In this document: positions 19,489 through 32,268 of the stretch, piece by piece | Layout of the letters: every line of letters begins with the position of its first letter | Numbering within the stretch: the first letter of the stretch is position 1 | Made by a program: the position numbers and the translations under genes | Notes under the pieces: model-generated | Database searches by the model: none | Seen by the model: only the letters and a program-made list of their open reading frames with translations | What the model was told of the DNA's origin: nothing | DNA from: Trichomonas gallinae | Lineage: Eukaryota | Assembly: GCA_008369845.1 (NCBI GenBank) | Contig: MRSU01010485.1 | Coordinates: 1 to 42,016, forward strand | DNA length: 42,016 nt | Direction: 5' to 3'

Positions 19489-21639
19489 ATGACATCTAAT
19501 GCATACGAACCTTTGAAGACACAGAAGATTGCTGCCGTCATCTTCGGTGCCTCTGGCGATCTTTCAATGAGAATGCTCATTCCATCTCTAGAATCTATCT
19601 CATTGTACGACCCATTCCACGAGGAAACAATGATAATCGGTATCGCAAGATCTAAGTTTACTGACAAAGAGCTTCGTGAAAAAATTACTAAATCTGTTGT
19701 CCAGTTTTCAAGACTTCATCAGGGATGCGTTGATGAAAACAACGAAGAACATCCTTGCACGACAGTCCCAGAGGACTTCTTGAAGAGATTCAAGTACATC
19801 GCTGGTGGCTACGACGATCCACAGACTTACCAGAACCTCAAGGCTATTATCGATGAGCACAAATTCGAAGGTGTTCTCGTTTACTTCGCTACACCACCAT
19901 CATTGATTCACGTCATCTCCGATAACCTCAAGAACGCTGGCCTTACAACAAACAGCGAACGCTGGGTCAGAGTTATCGTCGAAAAGCCATTCGGCACATC
20001 CTATCAGACAGCTCTCGAGCTCAACGAGTCCCTTCACGCGAAATTCGCTGAAGAGGACCTTTATCGTATCGATCACTACCTCGCTAAGGAAACAGTTATG
20101 AACATCTTCACATTCCGCTGGGGTAACACAATCTGGGAGCCACTTTGGAACAGAAACTATGTCTCTCATGTTGAAATCCTTGTCGCTGAGTCTGTTGACG
20201 TCGAAAACAGAATCGGATATTACGAGGGTGTTTCTGTCATCAGAGATATGATCCAGAACCACCTTCTCCAGATGCTCTCCATCGTCGCCATGGAGCCACC
20301 AAGCGAAATGAACTCCAAGGCTATTAGAGATGAGAAGATGAAGGTTTTGAGAGCCATTAGACCACTTACAAAGGAGGATGTCATCCTCGGTCAATATATT
20401 GGCTACACGGAGCACAAGGACGTTCCAAAGGACTCCACAACACCAACATTCGCATACATTAGATTCTTCATCGACAACTGGAGATGGCAGGGCGTCCCAT
20501 TCTACATCTGCTCAGGCAAGGCTCTCCAGGAGAAGAAGTCTTCAATCAAGCTCGTCTTCCAGGACATCCCACATGCTTTGTTCGGCGATTCAACATTCAA
20601 CAAACCAAACGTTTTGGAGATCAAGGTCCAACCAAAGGAAGGAATCGTCCTCAAGCAGCACGTTAAGGTCCCAGGTATCGGGCTCCAGACAACAAAGATC
20701 CCATTATCATTCTATTACAAGGACAAGTTCGGTGACAACGCCCTCCAGGGTGCCTACGAGCGTGTTATCCTCGATGCCATCCACGGTGATCAGTCCTTCT
20801 TCCCACGCTCCGATGAAATCGAAGAATGCTGGAAGATCGTCGACCCGCTCCTCAAGGAATCCTACCCAGAGATCATCCCATACGCCAAGAAGATGGATGT
20901 CTCCATGGGCACAATCAAGAGGAACAAGAAGAACCACGGCTCACGTGTCATCTTCAGAGCAGCCTCAGAGTTAGTCCACACAGTCACAGAGCAGCTCACA
21001 AGGCTCATCTCAGACATCATCGCTGATCAGGGCATCTGCAACATCGCCCTCTCCGGCGGCCAGTCACCAAAGCCAATCTACTCATTGCTCGCAACAGCTC
21101 CATACGCATCCAGAATCGACTTCAAGAAGGTCCACGTCTGGTTCGTCGACGAGCGCTGCGTCCCACCGGATCACGCACAGTCCAACTACAGAATGATCAA
21201 CGAGTCACTCCTCAAGTTCGTCAAGATCCCAGAGGAGAACGTCCACAGAATGATGGGTGAGATCGACGCACAGGCTGCTGCCAAGGATTACTCGGAGGAG
21301 ATCAAGAAGCACTTCGGCACAGATAAGCCCAGATTCGACATCGTCATGCTCGGAATGGGCGCTGAGGGCCACACAGCCTCCCTCTTCCCAGGCACACCAG
21401 CCATCCGCAACAAAGAAGACCTCGTCATCGGACACTTCGTTCCACACGTCAAGATGTTCCGCGTCACACTCGGCAGAAGAGTCATCAACAACGCTAAGAA
21501 CGTCCTCTTCGTCATCACAGACCCAGAGAGGAAGCCAGTCATAGATCTCGTCTTCAATGCTCCTTACACACCATCCATGATCCCAGCACAGTGCGTCTCT
21601 CCATCTAATGGAAACCTCACATGGTACATTGTTGTCTAA
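19489..21639 (+). CDS. G6PD: Bifunctional glucose-6-phosphate dehydrogenase :: 6-phosphogluconolactonase
   Basis: 716 aa. The G6PD part has GASGDLS (NADP binding), EKPFG, RIDHYLAKE, RDMIQNH and WRWQGVPF. The 6PGL part has ALSGGQSP, DERCVP and LGMGAEGHTASLFP. Strong C-ending codon bias; the stop is embedded in TAAA. Confidence 0.98.
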   Translation: MTSNAYEPLKTQKIAAVIFGASGDLSMRMLIPSLESISLYDPFHEETMIIGIARSKFTDKELREKITKSVVQFSRLHQGCVDENNEEHPCTTVPEDFLKRFKYIAGGYDDPQTYQNLKAIIDEHKFEGVLVYFATPPSLIHVISDNLKNAGLTTNSERWVRVIVEKPFGTSYQTALELNESLHAKFAEEDLYRIDHYLAKETVMNIFTFRWGNTIWEPLWNRNYVSHVEILVAESVDVENRIGYYEGVSVIRDMIQNHLLQMLSIVAMEPPSEMNSKAIRDEKMKVLRAIRPLTKEDVILGQYIGYTEHKDVPKDSTTPTFAYIRFFIDNWRWQGVPFYICSGKALQEKKSSIKLVFQDIPHALFGDSTFNKPNVLEIKVQPKEGIVLKQHVKVPGIGLQTTKIPLSFYYKDKFGDNALQGAYERVILDAIHGDQSFFPRSDEIEECWKIVDPLLKESYPEIIPYAKKMDVSMGTIKRNKKNHGSRVIFRAASELVHTVTEQLTRLISDIIADQGICNIALSGGQSPKPIYSLLATAPYASRIDFKKVHVWFVDERCVPPDHAQSNYRMINESLLKFVKIPEENVHRMMGEIDAQAAAKDYSEEIKKHFGTDKPRFDIVMLGMGAEGHTASLFPGTPAIRNKEDLVIGHFVPHVKMFRVTLGRRVINNAKNVLFVITDPERKPVIDLVFNAPYTPSMIPAQCVSPSNGNLTWYIVV

Positions 21640-22306
21640 ATAGATATATAGATACCTTTCGTTGATATTCATGAATATAAAAACGCGTCATTTTTTATAA
21701 TTTTCATTTGGCAAATATTTTTTTATGTAAGGGCGTGGAACAAAAACTACTACTATATCAATATTAGTATCGCATAGAACTTTACTTTCAAAAGGCAGTT
21801 CAACAATAAAAAGCTTAATATAATTAATCAATTATAATGTATTTTAGAGTTGAACTAATATTCCTTAAAATTTATAATGTAATGACTCTGTGTATGTTGA
21901 TTTTGATGTTACGTTCAGCAGAAAGAAAAATATATTGAATTTTTCAAAATTGGATATCTGACGATTTTTCAATGATGAAAATATTTTTATAGTGGATATA
22001 ATTATAATGAAATAGCGAAAATTGGATTAGGCCGGTAATCGTAAATAATTTTTCAACGTGACTTTGATTAATTGACTTTATGAATGTGTTTGTATTCAAT
22101 ACATGTAAATAATGAGTTTTCGTTTATATTTTCAACAAAATTCTCACTATATGAGTAAAATTCAATTCATTAATGGAAATATGAGTGAATATCTATGTTA
22201 CTCGGAGTGCATATCATATTGAGATAGTAAATTATAGATTATGAGAACATTAACATGACTTAAAATAACAGTTTAAATAATAACAACAATATTATCGTCA
22301 GTGTGA

Positions 22307-23089
22307 TTAATGATTCTTGAATATAGAATTTGGGTCTGAAGCTATTTCATCTAGCATATTCTCTAAGCTCACATTATCTAATATAGAGCATAATTTATTT
22401 GAAATTGCTTCGTTTTTAATATTTGTAGAATTCTCAACTTCTATCTTTGAACTATCCTCTATTTTCTTATCATTTTCATTTGTGCTTTCGCTATTTTTCA
22501 TATATTGATTTAAATTTAAATATGGATTTGTCATTTTCTTAGTAATCAGTTGGTAACGATACCTGCACTGCACATCAGTTCTTCCTGGTAGTAAAGCGCT
22601 CACTCTCATCCAGCTATGGACGCCCAGATCCCTAACGGCGTTGAGCAAAGTTTGATCTTCTGCTGGCAACCACGAGTTCTTGTTTATCAATGGATTGAGT
22701 GACCTCTGCCATCTCTGGCTGCACTGACAACGGTTCCGGCCATTGCCAACGAACCTCGAAACGTTTGTCCAATCGTTGAGACCGTACCTCCTTATCGCTG
22801 CGAGTAATCTGTGATCTTCTAACTGCGTCCAAATTTTTGTTTTTTTGCAATTGATTCTGTCAAGAATAAACTGGGATGCGGGTGGTGCTACATCGGGTAC
22901 ATTCATTATGTAAGCCAGCCTGTCGATTGGATCAGATCTTCCTAGGTTTTTTTTGCAATCCTGAATTGCATCATTTAAACTGATAGATTTAGTTATGTAA
23001 TTATAAAGAAGCTGTCTAGCATATTGAACCTTGCATGTTGGAATACCTTTCATTATATGGTTATAGATTGTTATCTGAGGATCAAACAT
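22307..23089 (-). CDS. R2R3 Myb-like transcription factor with N-terminal helical domain (cluster paralog 1)
   Basis: WTQLEDHRLLAAIRRYGLNDWTNVSRFVGNGRNRCQCSQRWQRSLNP and WLPAED...GRTDVQCRYRY. Inr TCACT at 23104-23108. Confidence 0.95.
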   Translation of the reverse strand: MFDPQITIYNHIMKGIPTCKVQYARQLLYNYITKSISLNDAIQDCKKNLGRSDPIDRLAYIMNVPDVAPPASQFILDRINCKKTKIWTQLEDHRLLAAIRRYGLNDWTNVSRFVGNGRNRCQCSQRWQRSLNPLINKNSWLPAEDQTLLNAVRDLGVHSWMRVSALLPGRTDVQCRYRYQLITKKMTNPYLNLNQYMKNSESTNENDKKIEDSSKIEVENSTNIKNEAISNKLCSILDNVSLENMLDEIASDPNSIFKNH

Positions 23090-24137
23090 TTTGATAAAAA
23101 TTGAGTGAAATCAAATTAAATTGTTATACGATATGTGTTGTATATAGAATATAGGTCATAATTACGCAATTTAAAAATCCAAATGCTATTTCATCGTTGA
23201 AAAATTTGTTAAACAATGTAATCTTAACTATAACGTGCAGATATTGATATTTATAAAATTTGATTATGTCAGGGGCCAGATATAGATTTAGGACATTATA
23301 GTCAACTGATTTTAGTAGCTATATTTTCTATACAAATTCAAAAACTTTCTTTGAATAATTATTTTTATTCTATGTTTTTTATGCCATGAAGCCATTTATA
23401 AAATATCATATTCAGTAGTATAGGTTTCAATGAACCAAATTATGTTTTTGGCGGATTTGTGAAATGGCCAAATATAAGTTTTCAAAATTTTGATAGGGAA
23501 TTCTGAATTTTTCTTTATTCAATTTATCAATTTTTGATTAATGCTTTAATTAGTCATTATTACATTGATAAATTATTATGCATACGTGAAAATACAAAAA
23601 TTCTGAATTTCTCTGATGATTTCTGCGACATGAGCTGTCTAGTATCAATATTTAATGCTCTAATGAATGAATAAGCCTATATTTTGAGGTTATGTATATG
23701 ATTTATAAGGGAGAATTGGTTTGATCGATAACACGCAAAAAGATTAAATTAATTTAGCAAAACATTTATATTTTATTGGGAAATTAACAATACACCGTAT
23801 TATATCGGCTATATATGGCACTGTGAGGATGGACACATGACGATTTTAGAAAGAAAGCCCAATTTTGTCATTCATATATCTATAATTAGCGAGATTTTCT
23901 TGAATTATTGTGTAGATCTCCGTTCATATGTTATGAATTAAGCATTATAAGAAAGCTGAGCTGCCGTAATAAATAAAAAACCTGTAATTTTTCATCATAA
24001 ACTGATAAAAACGTTTGGGTTTGCGGCTTTTGAGAAGTTAATCGATTAAACAATGCAAAACAGTTATATAACCAAATTTTATTGGGATTGTTTGTGTAAT
24101 ACTCAATTGTCTCAAAAGCCGGAAAAAATTCGTAAAA

Positions 24138-24581
24138 TCTATTGAAAAGATTCAATATATCTCAAATGTTCCAGTGTTTAAACTCTTTAATGGAGCTGTA
24201 GAAAGAATATAACCCGGCAAAATTCGATTCTTAACTGATTTTTATACGATTCAAAAGAAAAATCAAAATATAAATGGTTGGACAAATATAAAACTTTATG
24301 TTGCCGATCTGTGAAATGATAAGCAACCAAAGTCGAATAAAATCAAGTTTTTTCGAACATTTGATAAAGAATTCAAATGGATTTTCTGCTCGAATTTGCC
24401 ATCACACACCACTGGCGTATATAAAATATCGATTGGTACATTGTCTGGATCTTATGAGAACGGAGCTTACTCTCTAATGAAAAACTCAAAAATTCAGAAT
24501 ATAAAATCGCATTATATCATTATTAAAGTTCGAATTAGTTATTATTATGATAATTACTGGATATACATGGTACAAACATGA
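24138..24581 (+). pseudogene. Possible gene relic, unknown family
   Basis: A single frame reads about 147 codons with only two stops (SIEKIQYISNVPVFKLFNGAVERI*PGKIRF...LYVADL*NDKQPK...SGSYENGAYSL), which is unusual for such AT-rich DNA. Confidence 0.3.
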
Positions 24582-25544
24582 GCTGTTCCTTATTATTTGG
24601 AAATATATAGAATTCGATCATTGCGATATCAATAATTTGGAACTCTATTGATATGCAATTGCATCACTATATGCAGAATATACCACAAGATAATTGATAT
24701 AAGATGCAATATATTTCGAAAATTTAAAAATCTGATGATATTTACAATAATTTGATACAATTGGCATGGCATCATGATATGATATATGGATTTAGTTCTC
24801 TAAGGAAAGAATCGCAAAAGTTTTGAGTATATATTTAGATCAAAATAGAACTCTAATGTTTTGACTATATCATATTATTATACTACCGATATAATGTCTA
24901 TAATACAATGCAATGATATGCATTCGCCTGAATTAATTCATGTTCATTATTTATAAGATGAAATTGATAAATATTGTGAGAATATATAGCTTATACCAAG
25001 TATTCAATAAATACAATGATCACAATTGATTATTCATAGGATTTTCTATATTAATTATTCATTTTCAGATATATTGTAAACTCAACAGAATAATACCTTT
25101 CATATCCTTTATCAATGATTTTTGATATTCTTATTGAGCTAAGCCATTCAAAATGTACATCTTCACCTATCTTTCATAAAAAGATTGTTTTATCTTTAAT
25201 TACCATAGCACTTTTATTATTTTGTATTACATCCAAAATAATTTTAAACATGAACATTCCTTGATTCAATCATATTGCATTATATCATAGATTACTTATT
25301 ATAAGATGATTTAGTGAGACTTGTAAAGTGAAAATGATTGATGTAATATGATACAATCAAATAAACGAAAATTGAGCAATAATTTTTGATGTGTTAAGTT
25401 CGAAATTAAATTATTAATGATATATGCATAGATATTTACAACGTAAAACAATCAGAAATCGATATAATACCATGATAAAATTTAAAATGCAAAATAAAAA
25501 CATTTTAGTAAATACAAACAATAAGAAACATATATATCCACGTT

Positions 25545-26294
25545 CTATTCTAACACATTGAATAGTGAAGGATTATCGAAGTGAAGATCAGCAACACTCA
25601 AGAATTCAGATCCTTTAGAAATGATTTTAGCAGGTTCTTTTTGTACAATTTTAACAGGTTCTCTTTTATATGTAATGTCAACACTGTCTTGCTCATAGTC
25701 GTCGGATGAAATGTTGTCCAAATTAATTTTATTTGTTCCATCACGTTCGATAATTGAGTATCGATATCTACATTGTACATCTGTTCTACCTGGAACCTCT
25801 GAGGCGACTTTTGTCCAGCTTTTTACTCCAAAATTAAAAACTGCTTTTTGAAGTTTGTAATCCTCACTTTCAGTCCAAGCACTCTTATTTATAAGTGGAT
25901 TTAATGAGCGGCTCCATCTCTGAGAGCATTGAGTACGATTGCGACCTGTCCCAACAAAATCTGAGATTCGCTTCCAATCATTGAGTCCAAACTTGTGTAT
26001 TCCAGCTATTAATCTCCTGTCTTCAGTAGAATTCCATGAGAGCATCTTTTTCGAGAATGATATCCTAGATTTTGAAGCATAAGGCGGTGGAATGTCGGGA
26101 ACATCAAGGAACTCAATTAATTGATCTAATATCTTTGTATCCCCAATATAAGCTAATAACGCGAACCTTGCCTCATCAATTTTCAATTCATCAATAATAA
26201 ACTTATGTAACACAATTTGTACAGGCCTCTGCAACTCTGCAGGCACTTCACTTAAAAGATGCTCTTGTATATAAGTTTTTTGTGCATTAGACAT
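25545..26294 (-). CDS. R2R3 Myb-like transcription factor with N-terminal helical domain (cluster paralog 2)
   Basis: WNSTEDRRLIAGIHKFGLNDWKRISDFVGTGRNRTQCSQRWSRSLNP and WTESED...GRTDVQCRYRY. Confidence 0.95.
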   Translation of the reverse strand: MSNAQKTYIQEHLLSEVPAELQRPVQIVLHKFIIDELKIDEARFALLAYIGDTKILDQLIEFLDVPDIPPPYASKSRISFSKKMLSWNSTEDRRLIAGIHKFGLNDWKRISDFVGTGRNRTQCSQRWSRSLNPLINKSAWTESEDYKLQKAVFNFGVKSWTKVASEVPGRTDVQCRYRYSIIERDGTNKINLDNISSDDYEQDSVDITYKREPVKIVQKEPAKIISKGSEFLSVADLHFDNPSLFNVLE

Positions 26295-27849
26295 AAATCT
26301 TAAAAAAAACTAAAACTCATTGAAATTTTGAATTCTTCGACGATAAATGCAAGAAACGAAGTTGTACTACTCTCTAAATAGATAAAAATCAAAACGATTT
26401 CAGATAATTGTTAAGAAAATAAACTTCTCAATTTTTGAATTTTTTATTTTTACATTCACTTAGATTTGTGGGAATTTTATGCATTGGTTTAAGTATACAT
26501 TTCGTAACGCAAACCTTATAAAGACGAATTACGAGAAAAATGTGTTTTTCAGAAGAAATTTTGGTTTTATGAAAAATCTGCATTCGTAATGGTTTTTCAA
26601 TAAAGACAATGCCTTAAGCAGTGAATGAATATCATTATTTGAAGATATACTTAAGATTAATAGCAAAAATCGAAATGACAAATAAATTTATCCTTGGGAT
26701 GAACCCTTGTAAGATTTAAACATCTTATCGTCTGACGCGTTCTGACAAGGAGCAATTATAGGAAATCACTGTTGATGTCTTATGAAAGAAACTGATAATT
26801 TTACTATTTTATGAATAGTTTTGTTGATTGCAATGAGTTATTTTTGTGGCAATAAAGATTGTAACATGAATAAAAATTAATAAAAACATATCATACAATT
26901 TACGGATTTTGAATTCATTTGGAATTGCATTAATTCTGTCTGGTTTTTTACTCATTTGAACTTTATATAGCACATCACATCATAGGAAGTAGATATCTTT
27001 CGAATTCGATAATATTGAATTTTAATAGGATATCTTTCTCATGATTGTTGCTATATCCATCTTGTATATGAAGATATAGAAAGAGTTTCATATACTACCA
27101 TACCCAAATTCCTTACTTTAATAAGAAATTAAATATCAAAATCGAATTTATTGATAAATTGTAGTTCAAATATGATATCAAAGCCAAAAACACACAAATG
27201 AGGTAAGTTTCAGCGGTCATGACTCAAATATTACAGGTATTCATCTCAAAACATTCATTTGAGAGGAAATGAGTAGCATTGAAATAATTGATAATTGAGT
27301 TTCTCAATCCATTAAACCAATTTTTAGTTATGTTCCTTGCATCACAGGCATATGTATTAACATATTCAATAGATTTCGTAGTTGAAATATCAAAATTGAA
27401 GTATAATTTTGGATGCTTGAAATTATTTCCATGCGAGACTTTGCATTCTAACTGTACAACAACTATATGTGCAACCAACGAATAAAAACACCAAGATTTC
27501 TGTTCCAATTAAATACAATACTTTTATGGAATTGAAATTTTCGAGATATTATGAGGAGAAATGAACATATGCATGATACTATAGCACAATTTGCAATTTA
27601 ATTTTGAAAAAAATTGACCTAAAAAATGGAATTTAATTTTCCACTCATTTATTGATCAATATGACCTGATATGTATTATTTATGCGTCGAATTCAATTTA
27701 TAAAAAATTCATTCAATTTGATAAAAAAAAATGAAAGTGAACGTAAATTTTATATCATCTTCTTATAGTGAGCAAAAAAATCCTAAAATAAAATACTCTC
27801 TTTTTAATAATCAAACAGAAATATAGAAAAACATCAACGCAATACAAAC

Positions 27850-28689
27850 TTAATTATTGAAGAAAGATGTTGGATCTGTTTCAACTTCCTTGATGATATC
27901 CAGCAAATGGATAGATGACCACATATCAGTGAATTCAATTGCGGGTTCTTGCTTAACCATGACAATTGGAACCTCTGGCTTGACTTTCTCGACCTTCCTG
28001 ACTGGACTGTAATTATAGGAAGCATGATTGTCGTATACAGGCAAATGATAACATTGGCTGAAAAACTGGCTTTGTTCGATTCCAAGAGCCCTAGGATACT
28101 TTTTACCAATGATTTGGTATCTATATCTACATTGTACATCGGTTCTACCTTGAATTTCCGCGGCAACTTTTGTCCAAGATCTGTCACCAAATCGGTTTAC
28201 GGCGTTTATGAGGCGTACATCCTCATCGGTGGACCACTGGTTCTTATTTATTATAGGATTGAGCGACCTCATCCATCTTTGGCTGCATTGGTTGCGATTT
28301 CTTCCGTTGCCTACGAACTCCGAAATTTTTGTCCAATCGGTAGATCCAAACCTGTGCATGGCCGATATGAGTCGCCTGTCTTCATAACCGCTCCACGCCT
28401 TGGTTTTCTTTGCATTGCCCATGGTAAGATCATAACAAGGGGAAGAGGTTGGTTCATCAGGAACATTCATGAAGTCAACAAGCTTATCAACTGGCTCATA
28501 GGTTCCGCATATAGCAATTGACTGAGCCTTAGCTTGCTGGTAATCTATGTGATTCGTGATGAAGTTTGACAAAACATCCTTCATGGACTGCGTCTTGTCC
28601 GAGGAGACGCCTATGAGTATCTCATCGTAGAAAGCTGGGGCAATATTCATGTGTGTCCCATTAGCACATGTAGAAAAGTCAGCAAACAT
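27850..28689 (-). CDS. R2R3 Myb-like transcription factor with N-terminal helical domain (cluster paralog 3)
   Basis: WSGYEDRRLISAMHRFGSTDWTKISEFVGNGRNRNQCSQRWMRSLNP and WSTDED...GRTDVQCRYRY. Confidence 0.95.
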   Translation of the reverse strand: MFADFSTCANGTHMNIAPAFYDEILIGVSSDKTQSMKDVLSNFITNHIDYQQAKAQSIAICGTYEPVDKLVDFMNVPDEPTSSPCYDLTMGNAKKTKAWSGYEDRRLISAMHRFGSTDWTKISEFVGNGRNRNQCSQRWMRSLNPIINKNQWSTDEDVRLINAVNRFGDRSWTKVAAEIQGRTDVQCRYRYQIIGKKYPRALGIEQSQFFSQCYHLPVYDNHASYNYSPVRKVEKVKPEVPIVMVKQEPAIEFTDMWSSIHLLDIIKEVETDPTSFFNN

Positions 28690-31600
28690 TTGAAATAAAT
28701 TGAGAACTAAAATTGTATATGTAAAAAAAAATTAAATAGAAATTACATTTCACAAAATGAATGTGAATTCAATTTGATTGTTTGGAATATGAATGATAAT
28801 AGGCTGTGGATTAAAATTCCAAAATTTTTCAACAAACAATGATAGCAGATTTTTAACGTGTTTGTTCATAGTTTATAAGAGATAACGAGGCGTGGAAAAA
28901 CATTTTTAGAGAAAAAGCAGATTTGTTAGCTTTATCAAAAAATTTAAAAAGTAAATTAAATTAATATAGAAATATTGCGTATTTCTAGGAGCTAAAGCCA
29001 TTGCACATAAATTATTAAAATTTTTACAAGAAATGCTTTCAAATTTGAGGGGAATTCGTTTGATAAGCATTCTCAATATTTTAAAAGAGTTTGAAATATT
29101 TTCAATAGATCAAGCAAAATTATGATTTTTCTATATTAGATCTTATAGGCTATTAAAAAATTCCCGATATCATTCAAAAATGGAAATAACTACTCCATGG
29201 CATGGTACTGATGCAGGGATGCTAAAATTAATTTGAAAAATAGCATGAAAAGGTTTCAATTATCACAAAAAATAAACTTATCAATTTTTGACTTTTGACT
29301 CCCTAAATTACTCATACAATTTAAAATGTGTTTCAGGTCGTCGATGCGTTTCGGTTAACAGAGTAATTTTTCAAATTTGGGAAATTTCAAATGAAAACAC
29401 ATAACTCTACAACCAAACGTAAAATTTACTTCTCTTATCATTTGATAACTTCCAACGTTGAATATATATGTAGTATGCATATCTAAGTCCTATTATCAAA
29501 GGAAAAAACACTTTCTGATTCTATCGATTTTGCTGCCGCAAAAAAAAAAGTGATTTCACCTTTTTTGAATTCTAATCAATTAAATTTGAAATCATTTTGT
29601 TTCTCAAATATACACCCAAATATGGGAATTATGCTATGATTTAAGTCCTCAATAGAATTTTAATTTTGAAAAAATGAAATCAAACAATAGTAAGAAATAT
29701 GTATGAAATAGCATTCTGATATCATTTTAATCGTTAAATATCAAAATGATTTTTTGATATTGTATGATCTTTCATCAATAGGTATAAAATGCTTTGATCA
29801 TAATGCTTTTCAACTATCAGCATAATGTATAATTGATTTTCCCATTAAAAGGTTTATAAAATCACAAAAAATAAATTGCTAAATATTAAATTATGATTGA
29901 AATGAGAATTGCATTGCATTATGTTAATATATTGATTGATTTGTATTTGATATTGTATATTATCTGAAATAATTATGATTGTTGAAAAAAATATCAATAT
30001 CATTGTCTTTTTTTCGAATTTTGTCTTAAGAAATGTGTATTATGTACAATACTTCGTAGTTAAGAGCTGTGATTACTGTTAGGATGAATTGTTACTAATC
30101 ATGTTAGTATATTTAAATTTTCACCATTAAATTTTTGTATCATTTTTTCGGTTGTTTTCAATTCTTATGAGGTCAACAGAAAATTTGAACATTGACTTTT
30201 GAATGATTATGAATTTTAGAGTGATTTCCTAAATAGCATGATAATATAAGCATATTTTAACTATCATTTTGAATTGAATACGTTATTCAATAAATAATCA
30301 TTTTACGTTATTTCTGCAATGGAATTCAAAATCTTGGCTATAATCATATTATGCGAACTCGTATTTCATCCAAAACATATTAATAAGATTTTGCGGATAA
30401 ATCTTTCGAGTTTAAATATACGAGTTTTCCATTAGCATATTCTATGTATTAGGTCGAAGAATATGAGTAATTTGAAAGCAAAAAATGATCTTTCAAAAAA
30501 TTTTCAGAACCCCGTTAGTTTATCTTGATTTAATCATGATGATCTCACTATATACAACATGGAATGCATTAATTCTCGTTTTTTATTTATTCAAATATCT
30601 TCAATTCCATAAAACCATAAATTTTCTGAATAATGAAAACACTTTCGACGTTACTTTATAGATCAAAATACTCATCACTTTGGTATGAACTCGATGCACT
30701 TGTTCGTCAATACTATGTATGTCTCAACTCTCAATTATATTTTGGAATTGTAAAAATTTTATATGGCCAACCTTCTTTAGGCATGCATAAGCAATTTTAA
30801 AGTGGAATTTTTCTGTCAGAACATTTTCATAAAAATTATCTCTTCAACTACGCAAATTTTGCTATTCAAGACTATTTACACAGGAATCTTGTATATCACA
30901 GCATTCATAAATTATATCTAGTGTATTTAGGTTAAAATTCAATATCAACACAAAATCTTTAACCATTTGATATTGAAAAACGTTTTGTTGAACTTTTTTT
31001 ATTTGGAAGTTGTTTATTTGTGCAACATAATATTTTGTATCATGAAGAAGAGTATAAAAAATCATTATGACCATTAGAAATTTGATGATATTTCAAAGCA
31101 TCGATGATTAAAGGCTATACTTGATGAAATACTCATACTGGATATGATTTATGAATATTTATTAAATGCAGCTCAGTTAATTCATCGATTTTCTTCTAAA
31201 ATAAGATAATGTTTTAAATATCGATCAAATATGAAAAGATTCCTATATTTTTCAGGCTTTAATGCATATTTTTAATTGAAAAATTCTTTAAATTTCGAAA
31301 TTTAATTTTTCAAAAAATTATATTTTCAAATCATGCTTTAGTTGCTTTTTCAATATAACCCCTAGTGGAATATATCATATCTATATTCATTTTAAAAGAA
31401 TAAAAATATGAATTGAAAAATGATTGCCACTGTATGAGCAATAGCTCCATGTGCTCTTATATTTTATACTTTATTGATGTGAAATTTTCATATGTTACAT
31501 ATTGTCAGATTCAGATTTACCAAAAATTAAACATCGAAATGAAATTACACTTGGAAATATACTAAAATTTGTCCAACTATATATGGAAATAATGTCCATT

Positions 31601-32268
31601 GAAGAGAAAACTATGATGAAAGTCGAAAATATATGAAAATCTTTTCTTTCATATATTCGATTAGATATATGCCATTTATTCCATGGCATTACGGAAAATT
31701 AGTTTGAAGTGATATATATATCAAGCCAATAACAAATATTTGTTTAATTTTTTCAAAAACTCGTGTATGAAGTTGTCTAGATCATAACATATGCGAATAA
31801 TAGGGTAATTTATTAAATTCATAAATGATAATTGATCATAATCACTTAACATAATAAAATACATCATGAATATGAGAATAGCTTGAATAAATAGTTCAAC
31901 AAGCAGAGATAGCATATCTCATGTTAATCACATTGAAAAGAAGTCTAGCAAATGAAGATGGGGGAAAATTTTGTTATTGACAGCCAATCCTTTATGAAAA
32001 TAGACAATATGATGTATGCATGCTATGCATCAAAAATATCATAAAATTTATGTGAATTTTTGGGTTAAAATTTTATTCCGAATGTTTTTGATCATTAAAT
32101 CTCTTTTTAATCCGTTTATCATCATTCTTGTGATGAGAAATAGATAAATAGATAGATTAGTAAAGCATAATTCCTGTTTGAAAATTTTTGCCAAAATTCT
32201 TACACAAAATCGAATAAAACAACACGCGATTATATTCAATAAGACGAGATTATACTAAAATTCTTTGC

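Noticed and set aside
19900..21672. Several long overlapping or antisense ORFs within G6PD::6PGL (up to 198 aa)
   Set aside because: Expected by-product of strong C-ending codon bias, which removes stops from other frames. The translations are low-complexity with no motifs.
26700..26760. GATGA...CTGA with a short CCTTGT/ACAAGG stem as a C/D snoRNA
   Set aside because: Box C is non-canonical and lies outside the stem, so chance is sufficient.
27224..27508. 94-aa minus-strand and 65-aa plus-strand ORFs between Myb paralogs 2 and 3
   Set aside because: Both start at TTG and no domain is recognised. At most a pseudogene fragment.
23100..28900. CGATA/TAACGA Myb-recognition-like words upstream of the Myb paralogs (autoregulation)
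   Set aside because: The 5-6-mers are too frequent and are not at consistent positions among the paralogs.
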